Assembly: GCA_017558205.1 (NCBI GenBank)
Contig: JAFYWD010000169.1
Coordinates: forward strand, 1-56,593
Length of the DNA stretch: 56,593 bases
Source of the DNA: Lachnospiraceae bacterium
Lineage (GTDB): Bacteria > Bacillota > Clostridia > Lachnospirales > Lachnospiraceae
Direction: 5' to 3'
Positions 28,440 through 38,789 of the stretch are shown in pieces. The translations under genes were made by a program, and so were the position numbers. Under the pieces are notes generated by a model. The model was not told the DNA's origin and did not search any database. It worked only from the letters and a program-made list of their open reading frames with translations. Within the stretch, counting starts at the first letter, position 1, and each line of letters starts with the position of its first letter.

Positions 28440-30137
28440 TCAAATTTGGAACTGTTCCAGCATCTGAACCATGGTTGCTACCTGTGCAGACTGCTGCTCG
28501 CTTACTGCTGCTGTTTCTTCACTGGTTGCAGAGTTGTTATCTACAATTTCTGCCACTCTTGCTACATTAGAATCGATCTGATACATATTAGTAACTTCTT
28601 CTCTCAGCTCCTTTGCAATCGTGTTCATCATACCGGTAGATTTTTGTGCTTCTGTTATTACACTATTCATACTTTCAGCAGTAACATCTGCATAACTGAT
28701 TCCTTTCCTTACAGCAGCCACCGTAGTTTCAATCAGCTTCTTGGTTTCTCCGGCAGCATTGGCTGATTCTTCCGCAAGATTTTTAACCTGCTCTGCAACT
28801 ACGGCAAAACCTCTTCCGGCTTCTCCTGCTCTGGCTGCTTCTATGGCAGCATTCAAAGACAAAAGATTTGTCTGATTGGCAATATCTTCAATGGTACCAA
28901 TAATAGTATGTATCTCATTGGAGCATTTTTCAATCTCTCCGATTGCTTCCTTTAACTCCTGCATCTTAGCATTCCCATCCATCATGGTGGAAGCAGCACC
29001 TTCTGCCATGCGTACAGTTTCTTCTGCTTTCTTGGCTTTTTCCTCCAAAGAAAGAGCCATATGGTTAACCATCCCTGCAACCTCCTGTACCATCTGAGAT
29101 TGAATGGTACTTCCTTCTGCCAAATCCATGGCTGCCTTAGACATCTGTTCTGAACCGGCATCTATTTCCTGGGCTGTCAGCTGAATGGTAGCCAGCATTT
29201 TCTTGGTTTCCCCTACGATATCCATCAAGGATTCTTTAATTTTAAAGAAATCTCCCACGTACTCCTTATTAACATTTACTCTGTAATTACCATGTGCCAT
29301 ATTCTCCAGAACATCAGAAATTTCTGAAATCATATCATTGAAATTATTTTCCATGTACTGCAGGGCACCAACCATTCGTCCCACTTCACTCTCATCAATA
29401 TCCATTCCTCTCAGATCCGCATCCAGATGTCCCTGGGAAAGCTCACCTAAGGCAGTGGATACTCCCACAATGGAATCCAGTAATTCTTTTTTAGAGAAAT
29501 GAATTGTTTTTACAATCATCATTACCATACCGCTGCAAAGGATAATGAAAACGATCTCACAGGCATACATAATAAAATTAACCAGCTTCTGTTCCTTTGC
29601 CATACGCTCCTGCACGGTATTAATCAGCACATCTGTATCGTTATTGATAATATGTATGGTTTCTTCATATTCATCACCAAAAACATAATCCATAGCTGCC
29701 TGTCTGTCCCCGGCCCTGGCACTTTCCATGGCTGCTGTTTCCAAAGGTACCAGTTCGTTAGATAAATTGGAGATATTATTGATCATATCCCATTCACTGT
29801 CTTCCAGACCATTCCTTGTAAGTCCTTCCAAAGCAATGTCTCTGTTTTTAATTACTTCCAGCTCATCCATATATTCCTGATAGTATCTTTCATCTGCGGT
29901 AACCGCAAAAGCCTGTACCGCACTTGTAAGATTCTCGGAACCGGTACAAAACTGGGTCAGATACATGGTATTTTCCAACTGGATCTGACTCTTTCTCTGA
30001 CTATAAACGGTAAAATAAGCAAACAACGCCAATACAATAATTGAAGTGATTACGATCGTATAGGTTGTTCTGGTAATCAGCTTCAGCTCCTCTGCCTGAC
30101 TTTTAATTTTGTGTGTTTTTGAGTTCTCCTTAGACAC
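28440..30137 (-). CDS. methyl-accepting chemotaxis protein
   Basis: Two TM helices around a sensor domain, a HAMP domain, and the conserved MCP signalling hairpin ([33 protein letters not shown]). GTG start behind GGAGGGAG. Confidence 0.9.
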   Translation of the reverse strand: MSKENSKTHKIKSQAEELKLITRTTYTIVITSIIVLALFAYFTVYSQRKSQIQLENTMYLTQFCTGSENLTSAVQAFAVTADERYYQEYMDELEVIKNRDIALEGLTRNGLEDSEWDMINNISNLSNELVPLETAAMESARAGDRQAAMDYVFGDEYEETIHIINNDTDVLINTVQERMAKEQKLVNFIMYACEIVFIILCSGMVMMIVKTIHFSKKELLDSIVGVSTALGELSQGHLDADLRGMDIDESEVGRMVGALQYMENNFNDMISEISDVLENMAHGNYRVNVNKEYVGDFFKIKESLMDIVGETKKMLATIQLTAQEIDAGSEQMSKAAMDLAEGSTIQSQMVQEVAGMVNHMALSLEEKAKKAEETVRMAEGAASTMMDGNAKMQELKEAIGEIEKCSNEIHTIIGTIEDIANQTNLLSLNAAIEAARAGEAGRGFAVVAEQVKNLAEESANAAGETKKLIETTVAAVRKGISYADVTAESMNSVITEAQKSTGMMNTIAKELREEVTNMYQIDSNVARVAEIVDNNSATSEETAAVSEQQSAQVATMVQMLEQFQI

Positions 30138-30311
30138 TTTTTCTCCCTCCGTTTCTGCACTTTCCTCTTGTACAACTACCCCTTATAAACTAATCCTACT
30201 CTTAGGAAATAATTATATTGTTTATTATATGTCTTTACAGTGAAATAGTCAAATTATTCTTTTAATTTTCTTCATTTTCCATACTTTTCTTTTATTTGTC
30301 GCTATTTAGAT

Positions 30312-30347
30312 AAAAAAATCCTGTATCACCATAAAAAGTGATACAGG
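30312..30347 (-). terminator. rho-independent terminator after the family-1 solute-binding protein gene
   Basis: 10-bp stem CCTGTATCAC/GTGATACAGG followed on the minus strand by T7. Confidence 0.8.
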
Positions 30348-30360
30348 AAACAAAATATTA

Positions 30361-31644
30361 TTATTTTGATAAAAGGTCTTCTACTGCCGCATCTATATTT
30401 CTCAAAGTTGTTTCCAGATCCTGTCCTTCCAGATAGGCCTGAAATTCCATGCCATAGGCTTCATGAGCAGCTGCCGCTTCTCCCCATTCATTCCACGGGC
30501 AATATACATTGCCTGCGTTTAATGCCAAAGAAGCTGAATCATAAACATCAGGCAACTCAAAATCAGCACCATTCAAGTAAGAGGAACCTCCCTGATTATT
30601 CTCCCAAAGAGCAATCTGTCCTTCTACGGTAGTTAATGCATCTAAAACCTTCATAGCAAGCTCCACATTATCAGACAGGGCATTTACTGCAAATCCGCAG
30701 CCGGGACCTCCAATCAGCCAGCCTTCAGAAGGTGTGGTTCCGAAAAAAGGCATCATATCAATATTTAAAGAGGGATTTTTTTCCATTATGGCATTATAAT
30801 CCCATGGGCCTGAACAAAACATTGCTGCTTTTCCTGTGGCAAATTCATCCAGTGCCTGGGAATGGTCAATTCCCAGCATCTCTGTGGTATAGATACCCTC
30901 CGTTATCATTTCCGACCATTTTTCCAGATAGGAATTCACAGTACCACTCATAACCACCTTACCTTCCCGGTAATCACCATTAAACATTCTTCCCTCCGGT
31001 GTTGAAAAATATTCAGCTGAAAGAAAAGCCAGGGAATTTTTTAACATAGGCTCCCAGCTCATAAGACCTGCTGCCAGGGGCTTAATCCCAGCCTCCTGAA
31101 ACCTCTTACAAACTGCAATATACTCATCAAAGGTGGCAGGGACTTCAATGTTATATTGTTTAAAAAGATCTTTATTAAAGTAAACTCCTTCAAACCAGGA
31201 AATCCCTGGAAGAGCATAAATATTACCGTCATAAGTATATACACTTGTTCCAGCTGCAGAATACCTTCCGCCCAATTCATTCAGTTCCTGCAGATATCCC
31301 AGCCTAGCATGTTTATGGGCCGAGGCAGGTGATTCACAGATAATATCCGCTCCCTCTCCTGCACTTAGCTGGGCATCTACTACCGTATTATAATTACTGT
31401 TATCTATATATTGATATTCAATTTTTACCTCCGGTACTGCTTCCTCTATATAAGCCAGTAAAGCATCCACTGTATCCTTAGAATTCCAGTAGGTCATTCT
31501 CAAGGTTACCTTCTGAGAGCCTTCTTTTGTTGATTGTTCTGCTATTTTCTCTTCTTTCGAGGCTTCCTTTGTTATACCGCATCCGGCAATTACTCCCATA
31601 ACCACTACCATGGCTACAAAAAATATCAATAACCTGTTCCTCAT
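30361..31644 (-). CDS. extracellular solute-binding lipoprotein, family 1 (CUT1-type sugar binding); probable sensor partner of the adjacent YesM/YesN pair
   Basis: Lipobox IAGC and an SBP_bac_1-like sequence. Lies directly downstream of the HK gene with no cognate CUT1 permeases nearby. Start placed at ATG 31644 behind AAGGAGGAG. Confidence 0.8.
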   Translation of the reverse strand: MRNRLLIFFVAMVVVMGVIAGCGITKEASKEEKIAEQSTKEGSQKVTLRMTYWNSKDTVDALLAYIEEAVPEVKIEYQYIDNSNYNTVVDAQLSAGEGADIICESPASAHKHARLGYLQELNELGGRYSAAGTSVYTYDGNIYALPGISWFEGVYFNKDLFKQYNIEVPATFDEYIAVCKRFQEAGIKPLAAGLMSWEPMLKNSLAFLSAEYFSTPEGRMFNGDYREGKVVMSGTVNSYLEKWSEMITEGIYTTEMLGIDHSQALDEFATGKAAMFCSGPWDYNAIMEKNPSLNIDMMPFFGTTPSEGWLIGGPGCGFAVNALSDNVELAMKVLDALTTVEGQIALWENNQGGSSYLNGADFELPDVYDSASLALNAGNVYCPWNEWGEAAAAHEAYGMEFQAYLEGQDLETTLRNIDAAVEDLLSK

Positions 31645-31767
31645 GGTCTCCTCCTTCAATCAAATATACATTTCTTAGAAATTATGCCTTCTCTCTGACA
31701 CTATTCTACTCCTTTACTAAGAATTTTCCTACAGAAACTTATATTTTATTGTAAGATTTGATTTTAT

Positions 31768-33522
31768 TTAACGATTAATCAATGAAGAATCCTGTTCTAA
31801 ATCCACAGTTTTCAGCTTTTTACAAATTCTGACAGTAAAGCTGACCATCCCATTATCCTCCACCTTTGGAAGAATAGTACAATGAGGATCATCGTAATAC
31901 AGACGTATTCTCTCTTTTATACTGTATAAACCATAGCCTCCTGCCGGACGTCTTACCTTGGATAAAAGCTCCTTTTCCTCTATCTGATCTGCTGTATTTT
32001 TAATACAGAAAACAATATAATCCTTTTCCAGATGATAGCTGACTACAATCTTTCCCGTCTTTCCTTCCTCCATCTTATCCACACCATGGATAATAGCATT
32101 TTCTACCAAGGGCTGTAATAGGAAATTAGGCATTAAAAGCTCTTTTCCCTCTTCTGAAAAATCCAGCTCTACCTGAAAGCCACCATCATGTGTTCCTTTT
32201 TGAATCTCCAGATATGAGGTAATGGTATCCAGCTCATTTCCCACAGTTGTAATGGCCTTTCCTCCATTTAAGGTGCTTCGATAGAATTTTGCCAGTAAGC
32301 CGGTAAGCTCAGCAATCTCCTCGTCCCCCTTTCTGATAGCTTTCCATTTTATAGAAGACAGGCAGTTATACAGAAAATGAGGATTAATTTTTGCCTGCAA
32401 GGCTGTCAGCTCAATCTTTCGCTTTTCCATTCCCAGTCTATAGGTTTCCTCCATCATATCATCCATTTTTTTCTGCATCTTTGCAAAGCTCCGGCTTACA
32501 ACACCTATCTCATCCTCATATCTGAGATCTAAATCCACCTTAAAATTACCTCTGCTGATTTCTTCAGAGGCCTCCTTTAATCTTAATATACGATCACTTA
32601 ATACCGTAGATACCAGGGTTGCCAGAAGCATTAAAAAACCAAAACTGATTCCCATTAAAAGCACAGTTGTTTTTTTCAGCTCCTGCAGCTGATAATCAAT
32701 GGCACCGCGGTCTCTGAAATAAAAAATTTTCCAGCCATTAGAAAGTTCCTGCTCTGATGCCAGAAAAAAAGATGGTGTTTCCACAAAATTTTTTGGCTTG
32801 GATTCTAAAATAAAAGCCTCTACTTTATCTGCCAAGTCCTGATCCCGGTATGCGGTTTTAAATATCACCCTGCCTTTTTCATCCAGCAAAAAATTTCCTC
32901 CCTCTACACCGTCTACATGTCCAATGGACTCTGTCATTTTATCCAGATTAAGCTCCAGCTCCAATACGCCTATCGCCCTGGAAGAAGAATCCTCATCCAA
33001 AATCGTTCTGCTGGCATAGATCTTTCCGTCCTCTATCCTCCAAATAGTTTTAAAATTACTTTTACTCTCCCGGTACCACTCCTCTTCCTGAATCTTACCC
33101 GGAATGCAACAAAAATCTCCCAGATTGCGGTGAAGATAGGGACTGTAAATCCGTATCCAATCCAGATTTTCATCTGAGGTTATAAAATACCAGAATACCG
33201 GTTCCACATCTTCCGAAAGTGTTTTCGTAAATGCATTTAAGTTCTTCTTTAAATTTTCCAGATTTCTTCTGAAATCAACGTTATATGTAAGATACCGAAG
33301 ATTGTCATTTTCTCTGCTAACCGAATTTTCCATGCTAATCTTCATACTTACTGCAGCATCATTCATACTTAATCTGGCCTGCTCTAAAAAACTTTTCTTA
33401 AAAAAATGATAGGAGTAGCTTCCCAATAACAAAACAGGCAAGAGTGCCAAAATACCATAGCTAATGATTAATTTATTTTTAAGATTGGCTGAACCATAGT
33501 ACCATCTTGCAAATCGTTTCAT
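31768..33522 (-). CDS. sensor histidine kinase, LytS/YesM type (2 TM, HAMP, His_kinase, HATPase_c)
   Basis: LQAKINPHFLYN H-box typical of the YesM/LytS class, plus an N-box and a G-box. Confidence 0.9.
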   Translation of the reverse strand: MKRFARWYYGSANLKNKLIISYGILALLPVLLLGSYSYHFFKKSFLEQARLSMNDAAVSMKISMENSVSRENDNLRYLTYNVDFRRNLENLKKNLNAFTKTLSEDVEPVFWYFITSDENLDWIRIYSPYLHRNLGDFCCIPGKIQEEEWYRESKSNFKTIWRIEDGKIYASRTILDEDSSSRAIGVLELELNLDKMTESIGHVDGVEGGNFLLDEKGRVIFKTAYRDQDLADKVEAFILESKPKNFVETPSFFLASEQELSNGWKIFYFRDRGAIDYQLQELKKTTVLLMGISFGFLMLLATLVSTVLSDRILRLKEASEEISRGNFKVDLDLRYEDEIGVVSRSFAKMQKKMDDMMEETYRLGMEKRKIELTALQAKINPHFLYNCLSSIKWKAIRKGDEEIAELTGLLAKFYRSTLNGGKAITTVGNELDTITSYLEIQKGTHDGGFQVELDFSEEGKELLMPNFLLQPLVENAIIHGVDKMEEGKTGKIVVSYHLEKDYIVFCIKNTADQIEEKELLSKVRRPAGGYGLYSIKERIRLYYDDPHCTILPKVEDNGMVSFTVRICKKLKTVDLEQDSSLINR

Positions 33523-33525
33523 ATG

Positions 33526-35046
33526 TTACAGCTCCTCCCTGTATTGCTTGGGCGTCCTTCCGTAATAGGATTTAAACAGCTTGTTAAAATAAGATTGATT
33601 TTCATAACCGCAGGTTTTAGCAATCTGGATTACCTTCAGACTCTTATCTTCTAACAGCTGCCTTGCTGTTTTCATCTTTAACTCCGTAATATATTCAACG
33701 ATTCCCTGGCCGGTTTCCTTTTTAAAGATATGACTTACATAGGCCGGTGCCAGCTTCACTTCCCTGGCCACATCTGCCAGACTAAGATCACTTTTATATT
33801 CCTGCTGAATAAAGCGCTTGATTCTTCCGATCAGTTCAGAATCTGATGATTTCTTTTTTTCTTCTGCATTGGTCAGGATGCGGTCTACTGCTACAGAAAA
33901 ATCTCCCAATACCTTCTCCGGTTTATTTTCCGAAAAAAATTCACCTGCCATGGCAAGAGCATCCTCATATTCCACCTGGGGCATCTTATCATATAATTCT
34001 TTTACAATAGAGTAGAGAAGCAGCTGAATATAAATCCTGCTTACCTCATTGGTACTTAAGAGTGACTGTCTCAGCTGAACACAGCCCTCTCTGATCTTAT
34101 CTACCTCCTGTTTCTCAATGGCCTGAAAAATATCACTCTTTACTTCTTCAATACTTCTGGCATGAAGAGAACACATATTCTTTCCTTCTGATGCAAAAAT
34201 AATTCTGTCACCATATAGAAAAACATCCTTGCGCAGTTCATTGATTCTTTCTACCTGATCAAGTAATTGTTCCATGGAATTAGATTTTCTTCCCGCGACA
34301 ACAAGACACTCCTGTCGGCCGGTCAAAGCTTTCAATAACGCTTCCAGCCTTTCGTAAAGCTCAAGGGTGTCTTCAAATTCTTCATTTCTAATCACAAGGA
34401 AAGCCTCATTGGGAAGAATTTCCGAAAAAGTAACTTCCTTAAAATATTCCTTGGCAGTTTTCAAAAATTCCTCACCATTATGCTTAAAATAATTATCTAT
34501 AAACTCAAAGCAAACCGGAATACAGAACCTGTCCTCTTTTTCAAATAAAAGTTCACTCAGTATTTCATTATCATTCTCAGAAATCTTACCTGCACGGAAC
34601 ATTCGATACAGCAAGGCTTCACGTACCGTCTCCTGCTGTTCTAAATCATGACGCGAGCTTTCCCTGTTCTTTTTAATTCTTCCCAATACATCTTCCATAC
34701 ATTTTTGGAATTCCCCTATTTCCATGGGCTTTAACAGATATTTAACCACCCCTGCTTCCATAGCCTTCTTGGCAAAATCAAATTCGGAATAGGCGCTGTA
34801 AATAATAATAATTACTTCCGGATAAAGCTCTGAGACTTTTTTTGACAGCTCCAGCCCATCCATGACAGGCATCTTCACGTCAGTGAATAAAATATCAAAG
34901 GACTCCTGTTCCATTATTTCTAATGCCTTCTGCCCATTAGAGGCCTGTTTAATTTCCAAAGGATATCCAAATTTATTTATTAAAAAAGAGACACCCTCTC
35001 TTTCAGAACGTTCATCATCTACCAATAAAATATTATATTTTTCCAC
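33526..35046 (-). CDS. response regulator with AraC-type HTH output (YesN-like)
   Basis: Receiver domain (ILLVDDE...DILFTDVKMP) plus a C-terminal AraC HTH (SLADVAREVKLAPAYVSHIFKKETG...YFNKLFKSYYGRTPKQYR). GTG start behind GGAGGGG. Confidence 0.9.
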   Translation of the reverse strand: MEKYNILLVDDERSEREGVSFLINKFGYPLEIKQASNGQKALEIMEQESFDILFTDVKMPVMDGLELSKKVSELYPEVIIIIYSAYSEFDFAKKAMEAGVVKYLLKPMEIGEFQKCMEDVLGRIKKNRESSRHDLEQQETVREALLYRMFRAGKISENDNEILSELLFEKEDRFCIPVCFEFIDNYFKHNGEEFLKTAKEYFKEVTFSEILPNEAFLVIRNEEFEDTLELYERLEALLKALTGRQECLVVAGRKSNSMEQLLDQVERINELRKDVFLYGDRIIFASEGKNMCSLHARSIEEVKSDIFQAIEKQEVDKIREGCVQLRQSLLSTNEVSRIYIQLLLYSIVKELYDKMPQVEYEDALAMAGEFFSENKPEKVLGDFSVAVDRILTNAEEKKKSSDSELIGRIKRFIQQEYKSDLSLADVAREVKLAPAYVSHIFKKETGQGIVEYITELKMKTARQLLEDKSLKVIQIAKTCGYENQSYFNKLFKSYYGRTPKQYREEL

Positions 35047-35139
35047 TTTTCCCCTCCATACTACTTCATCCTTATAAAACTTTTTTTACATTATAACCTA
35101 AGTATTGGGAAAAAAAATGAATAAAAACTAAAGATATTT

Positions 35140-36165
35140 TTATTGGACTTTATGATTTTTTTTATTCTTCCACAGATTTACCAGAGGATTTCTGCCTGCT
35201 CCTGATTTTTCCTCTGCCGACAGCATATCCCAGGCAATGGCTGCAATAATAATCATCCCCTTAATCAGATTATGATAAATAGAATCTACTCCCAGCAGGC
35301 GAAGTCCGTTGGTCATAACACCTATGAGAACTGCTCCCAGCATGGCTCCCTGAAGGGTTCCTTCTCCTCCCCTCAAAGAAACACCACCAATCACAATAGC
35401 GGCCAATACGTCATTCTCATAGCCCTGAGCCTGAGATGAGGAAGCCTGACGATTCATGGATGATAATACAAAACCGGATAAGGCTCCTAAAAAACCGGAA
35501 ATAGTATAAGCTATTACAATAATCTTTCTTGCAGGAATTCCGGACAGCTCTGCTGCCTGCCTGTTTCCTCCCACTGCATAAAGCTGTCTGCCATAAACTG
35601 TATCATTCAAAATAAAATAACAAACTAAAAAGCAGACAAGTAAAATATAAACAGGAATAGGAATTCCCAGGAATCTTGACTGGCCGATCACATTCATAAA
35701 TTCACAATTTAGTACATTGATCAATTTATTTCCTGTAATAAATTGCACGATTCCATAAAGAACCTCGTTGGTTGCCAAAGTCAATAAAAATGCCGGTATC
35801 TCAAATCTTGACAATACAATCCCATGAAAGAATCCGCTGAGTACACCGCAGGCTGTACCTGAAAGCAAGGCCAGCAAGGCTCCTGTGGTACTTTCTCCAA
35901 AAGCCAGAGCCACAGTAGCAGCCATGGCACCGCAAACAGCCGCATTCCCGGAAACGGTACGGTCAATTCCTCCCAGGAGTACCGGAAAAGTGGCACCGCA
36001 AATCATGATACCTGTCAGGGAGATGGAGTACATAATACTGACAAAGTTACTGTAAGTAAAAAATTTTCCCTTGGTAGTCAGGGTTAAAAAGATACATAAA
36101 ATAACCAGTACCAGCAAGCGGCTGTTGACTGCCGTATTTTTTATTCTTTTACTTCTTTTTTTCAT
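35140..36165 (-). CDS. sugar ABC transporter permease (RbsC/BPD_transp_2 family)
   Basis: 341 aa and polytopic, with the typical CUT2 permease loop (GGNRQAAELSGI). Confidence 0.85.
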   Translation of the reverse strand: MKKRSKRIKNTAVNSRLLVLVILCIFLTLTTKGKFFTYSNFVSIMYSISLTGIMICGATFPVLLGGIDRTVSGNAAVCGAMAATVALAFGESTTGALLALLSGTACGVLSGFFHGIVLSRFEIPAFLLTLATNEVLYGIVQFITGNKLINVLNCEFMNVIGQSRFLGIPIPVYILLVCFLVCYFILNDTVYGRQLYAVGGNRQAAELSGIPARKIIVIAYTISGFLGALSGFVLSSMNRQASSSQAQGYENDVLAAIVIGGVSLRGGEGTLQGAMLGAVLIGVMTNGLRLLGVDSIYHNLIKGMIIIAAIAWDMLSAEEKSGAGRNPLVNLWKNKKNHKVQ

Positions 36166-37678
36166 TATGCTCCTCCTTTCCTTCCTCGCGAAAGCCGGAA
36201 GCTGCCATAAGAATTTCCTCCTGGGTCACTATCCCCTCCTTAAATTCTCTGACAATTTCTCCTTCTCTTAATACCAGAATTCTATGAGCTACCCTTAAAA
36301 CCTCAGCCAGGTCCGAAGATACCAGAAGGACTGCTACTCCCTGTGCTGCCAGACCTTCTATCATTTCATAAATCTCATCCTTGGCTCCAATATCAATACC
36401 AACGGTAGGCTCATCAATAAGAATAATTTTCAAATCTCTGGTCAGCCATTTTCCAAGCACTACCTTCTGCTGGTTTCCTCCTGATAAATTTCCTACTGCC
36501 ACCAGAGGATTGGCCGGACGAAGATCTACCATCTCCACTGCCCTTTTTCCCAGATCCTTTTCTTTTTTCTGATGAACAATCCCTCTATGAGAAAGACTAT
36601 CATAATTTGTAATCGCTATATTTTTTGTTACGGATAACAACGGAGCGAAGCCCTGAGTTCTTCTGTCTTCCGGTATAAAGCCAAAGCCGGAGGCTACCGC
36701 TCTTTTTATTCCCGGCTGATAGCTTTTTCCTTCTACCAGTATTTCTCCCTGTTCCAAGGAATCTGCCCCGTAAATTGCACGCAAAACCTCCGTTCTTCCC
36801 GATCCTACCAGACCTGTCAGAACTAAAACCTCACCTTTTTTAACTTTAAAGGAAATATTACGAAAACTGCCCGGAATAGAGAGATTCTTTACCTCCAGCA
36901 CAGTCTCTTTCTCTGATTCTTTTAAGGCTCTGGATGCAGTTGCTTCACTTAACTCTTTGCCTATCATCATCCTGATAACCTGAGAGGGAATAATATTCTC
37001 CTTTTCAATTACACCTGCCAGCTTTCCGTCTCTTAAAACCGTAATTCTGTCAGAAAGATGAAAAACCTCTTCCAGACGATGGGAAATATAAATAATGCTT
37101 ACTCCCTTTTCCCGCAGCTGGTGAATAATCTTAAATAATAATTCTGATTCATGGCTGGATAAGGAAGCTGTTGGTTCATCCATAATGATCAGCTTTGCAT
37201 CCAGGGCCAGAGCTTTTAAAATTTCCACCATCTGCATCTGAGCCAGAGACAGAGTTTCCACAATATCATTAACTCCCAGGGAAAAACCATAATACTCAAT
37301 TAATTCACTAATTCTTTTCTTTTCCTGTTTTTCCTTAATAAAGCCAAAGGCTGTCAGTTCTTTTCCCAGCATTACGTTTTGGTACACGGAAAGTGTGGGA
37401 ATCAGGGAAAGCTCCTGAAAAATAACAGCAATTCCAAGACTGGCTGCTTCCTGTGTAGAGGTAAGACGAACCTCTTTTCCTTCCATAAATATCTGCCCAC
37501 CATCCTTGGGATATACACCTGTCAGTATTTTGATCAGAGTGGATTTGCCGGCACCGTTTTCCCCCAGTAAGGCATGAACTTCTCCTTTTCTCACCTGAAA
37601 ATCTACATTATTTAATGCATGAACATGGGCAAAGATTTTTTCTATTCCTTTCATCTCAAATAAAATGTTGTTATCCAT
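36149..37678 (-). CDS. sugar ABC transporter ATP-binding protein (duplicated ATPase, RbsA/MglA type)
   Basis: Two NBDs. The first has Walker A GENGAGKST. The second is degenerate (GLVGSGRT) with LSGGNQQK. Confidence 0.9.
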   Translation of the reverse strand: MDNNILFEMKGIEKIFAHVHALNNVDFQVRKGEVHALLGENGAGKSTLIKILTGVYPKDGGQIFMEGKEVRLTSTQEAASLGIAVIFQELSLIPTLSVYQNVMLGKELTAFGFIKEKQEKKRISELIEYYGFSLGVNDIVETLSLAQMQMVEILKALALDAKLIIMDEPTASLSSHESELLFKIIHQLREKGVSIIYISHRLEEVFHLSDRITVLRDGKLAGVIEKENIIPSQVIRMMIGKELSEATASRALKESEKETVLEVKNLSIPGSFRNISFKVKKGEVLVLTGLVGSGRTEVLRAIYGADSLEQGEILVEGKSYQPGIKRAVASGFGFIPEDRRTQGFAPLLSVTKNIAITNYDSLSHRGIVHQKKEKDLGKRAVEMVDLRPANPLVAVGNLSGGNQQKVVLGKWLTRDLKIILIDEPTVGIDIGAKDEIYEMIEGLAAQGVAVLLVSSDLAEVLRVAHRILVLREGEIVREFKEGIVTQEEILMAASGFREEGKEEHNEKKK

Positions 37679-38693
37679 TGCCGTTCACCACCTTTTTTTC
37701 TCTCAGGGTTGCTGCTGCTTTTTTATTCTTCTTTCCCATAAACTCGTTATAATAAGCATCAAAAATCAACATTAAAACGATAATAAGACCTGATACCACC
37801 GCCTGAGTCTGGGTAGTAAATCCATATTTTCTCATGCCGTTTCTCAGTACCTGCATAAAAACTACACCAATTACGGTTCCCACCATATCTCCTCTTCCGC
37901 CGGTAAAGGCTGCTCCTCCGATTACCGTTGCAGAGATTGCCTGTAAGGCAAAGGTCTGTCCTGTGGCCACTTCATTGGAACGATATCTTCCCAGAGTAAA
38001 CATGGCTGCCACAAAGGCACAAAATCCGGAAAAGAGAAAGGCTGTCATTTTTGTTCTGATAAAACTAATTCCCGAATACTCTGCACTTTTTCTACTGGCC
38101 CCCATGGCATAAATATAAGTTCCCTGCTTTGTTTTTTTCAAAAATATCTGGGCCAGAATAGCCAGACCAAGAAATACAAAGGTGACCAGATAGATTCCTC
38201 CAGGTCCCGCCTCCCCCAGGGCTATCATTGTCTTATTATTTATTTGTATTGCCCCTATTTGTCCAAACTCATTACGAACTGCCAGGATGTACGTAAGTCC
38301 GGTAAAAATAAACTGAGTAGATAACGTGGCTACAAAATCCGGAATTTGCAGCAAGCCTACACAAATACCATTAATTGCTCCTCCCAATAGTGCTGTAACA
38401 AGGCATGCAAGTATAATTGCCATCAGGGGCAATGCCGTATAATGATATAAATGTGCAAAAACCATACATACCGTTCCCATTAAGTGACCACAGGAAAGAT
38501 CATTTCCTCCGGTGATAATGGTCATAGTCACACCAATTGCCAGAATACCTATTACCGAACACTCTCTTAATAATGTAATAATGTTTGCTCCCGTAAAAAA
38601 AGAATCTGTTGTTACAGTAAAAATAATTACTAAAAGTAACAGTAAGGCAAGGGAAATCAAACGTCTCAATGTTTCCTGTCTCATACCTTCCTC
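37671..38693 (-). CDS. sugar ABC transporter permease (second RbsC-type subunit)
   Basis: Polytopic with the GASRKSAEYSGI loop. Start chosen at ATG 38693 behind GGAGG. Alternative starts are at 38705 and 38732. Confidence 0.8.
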   Translation of the reverse strand, partial: EEGMRQETLRRLISLALLLLLVIIFTVTTDSFFTGANIITLLRECSVIGILAIGVTMTIITGGNDLSCGHLMGTVCMVFAHLYHYTALPLMAIILACLVTALLGGAINGICVGLLQIPDFVATLSTQFIFTGLTYILAVRNEFGQIGAIQINNKTMIALGEAGPGGIYLVTFVFLGLAILAQIFLKKTKQGTYIYAMGASRKSAEYSGISFIRTKMTAFLFSGFCAFVAAMFTLGRYRSNEVATGQTFALQAISATVIGGAAFTGGRGDMVGTVIGVVFMQVLRNGMRKYGFTTQTQAVVSGLIIVLMLIFDAYYNEFMGKKNKKAAATLREKKVVNGNG

Positions 38694-38720
38694 CATTATT
38701 TTCTTATCCTTTATATACAA

Positions 38721-38751
38721 ACAGATGGTCACGCCTTCCCGCGTGCCATCT
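38721..38751 (-). other. intra-operon stem-loop between the binding-protein and permease genes
   Basis: CAGATGG(T)CACGC-cttcc-GCGTGCCATCTG. Such hairpins commonly stabilise the upstream SBP message segment in ABC operons. Confidence 0.45.
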
Positions 38752-38789
38752 GTCTGATTTACATAAAAGACATCAATTCCTCTGACTTC

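Noticed and set aside
28395-28766. 123-aa plus-strand ORF overlapping the 3' end of the MCP gene
   Set aside because: It is antisense to the highly conserved MCP signalling domain, has a Cys/Phe-rich improbable composition and has no RBS.
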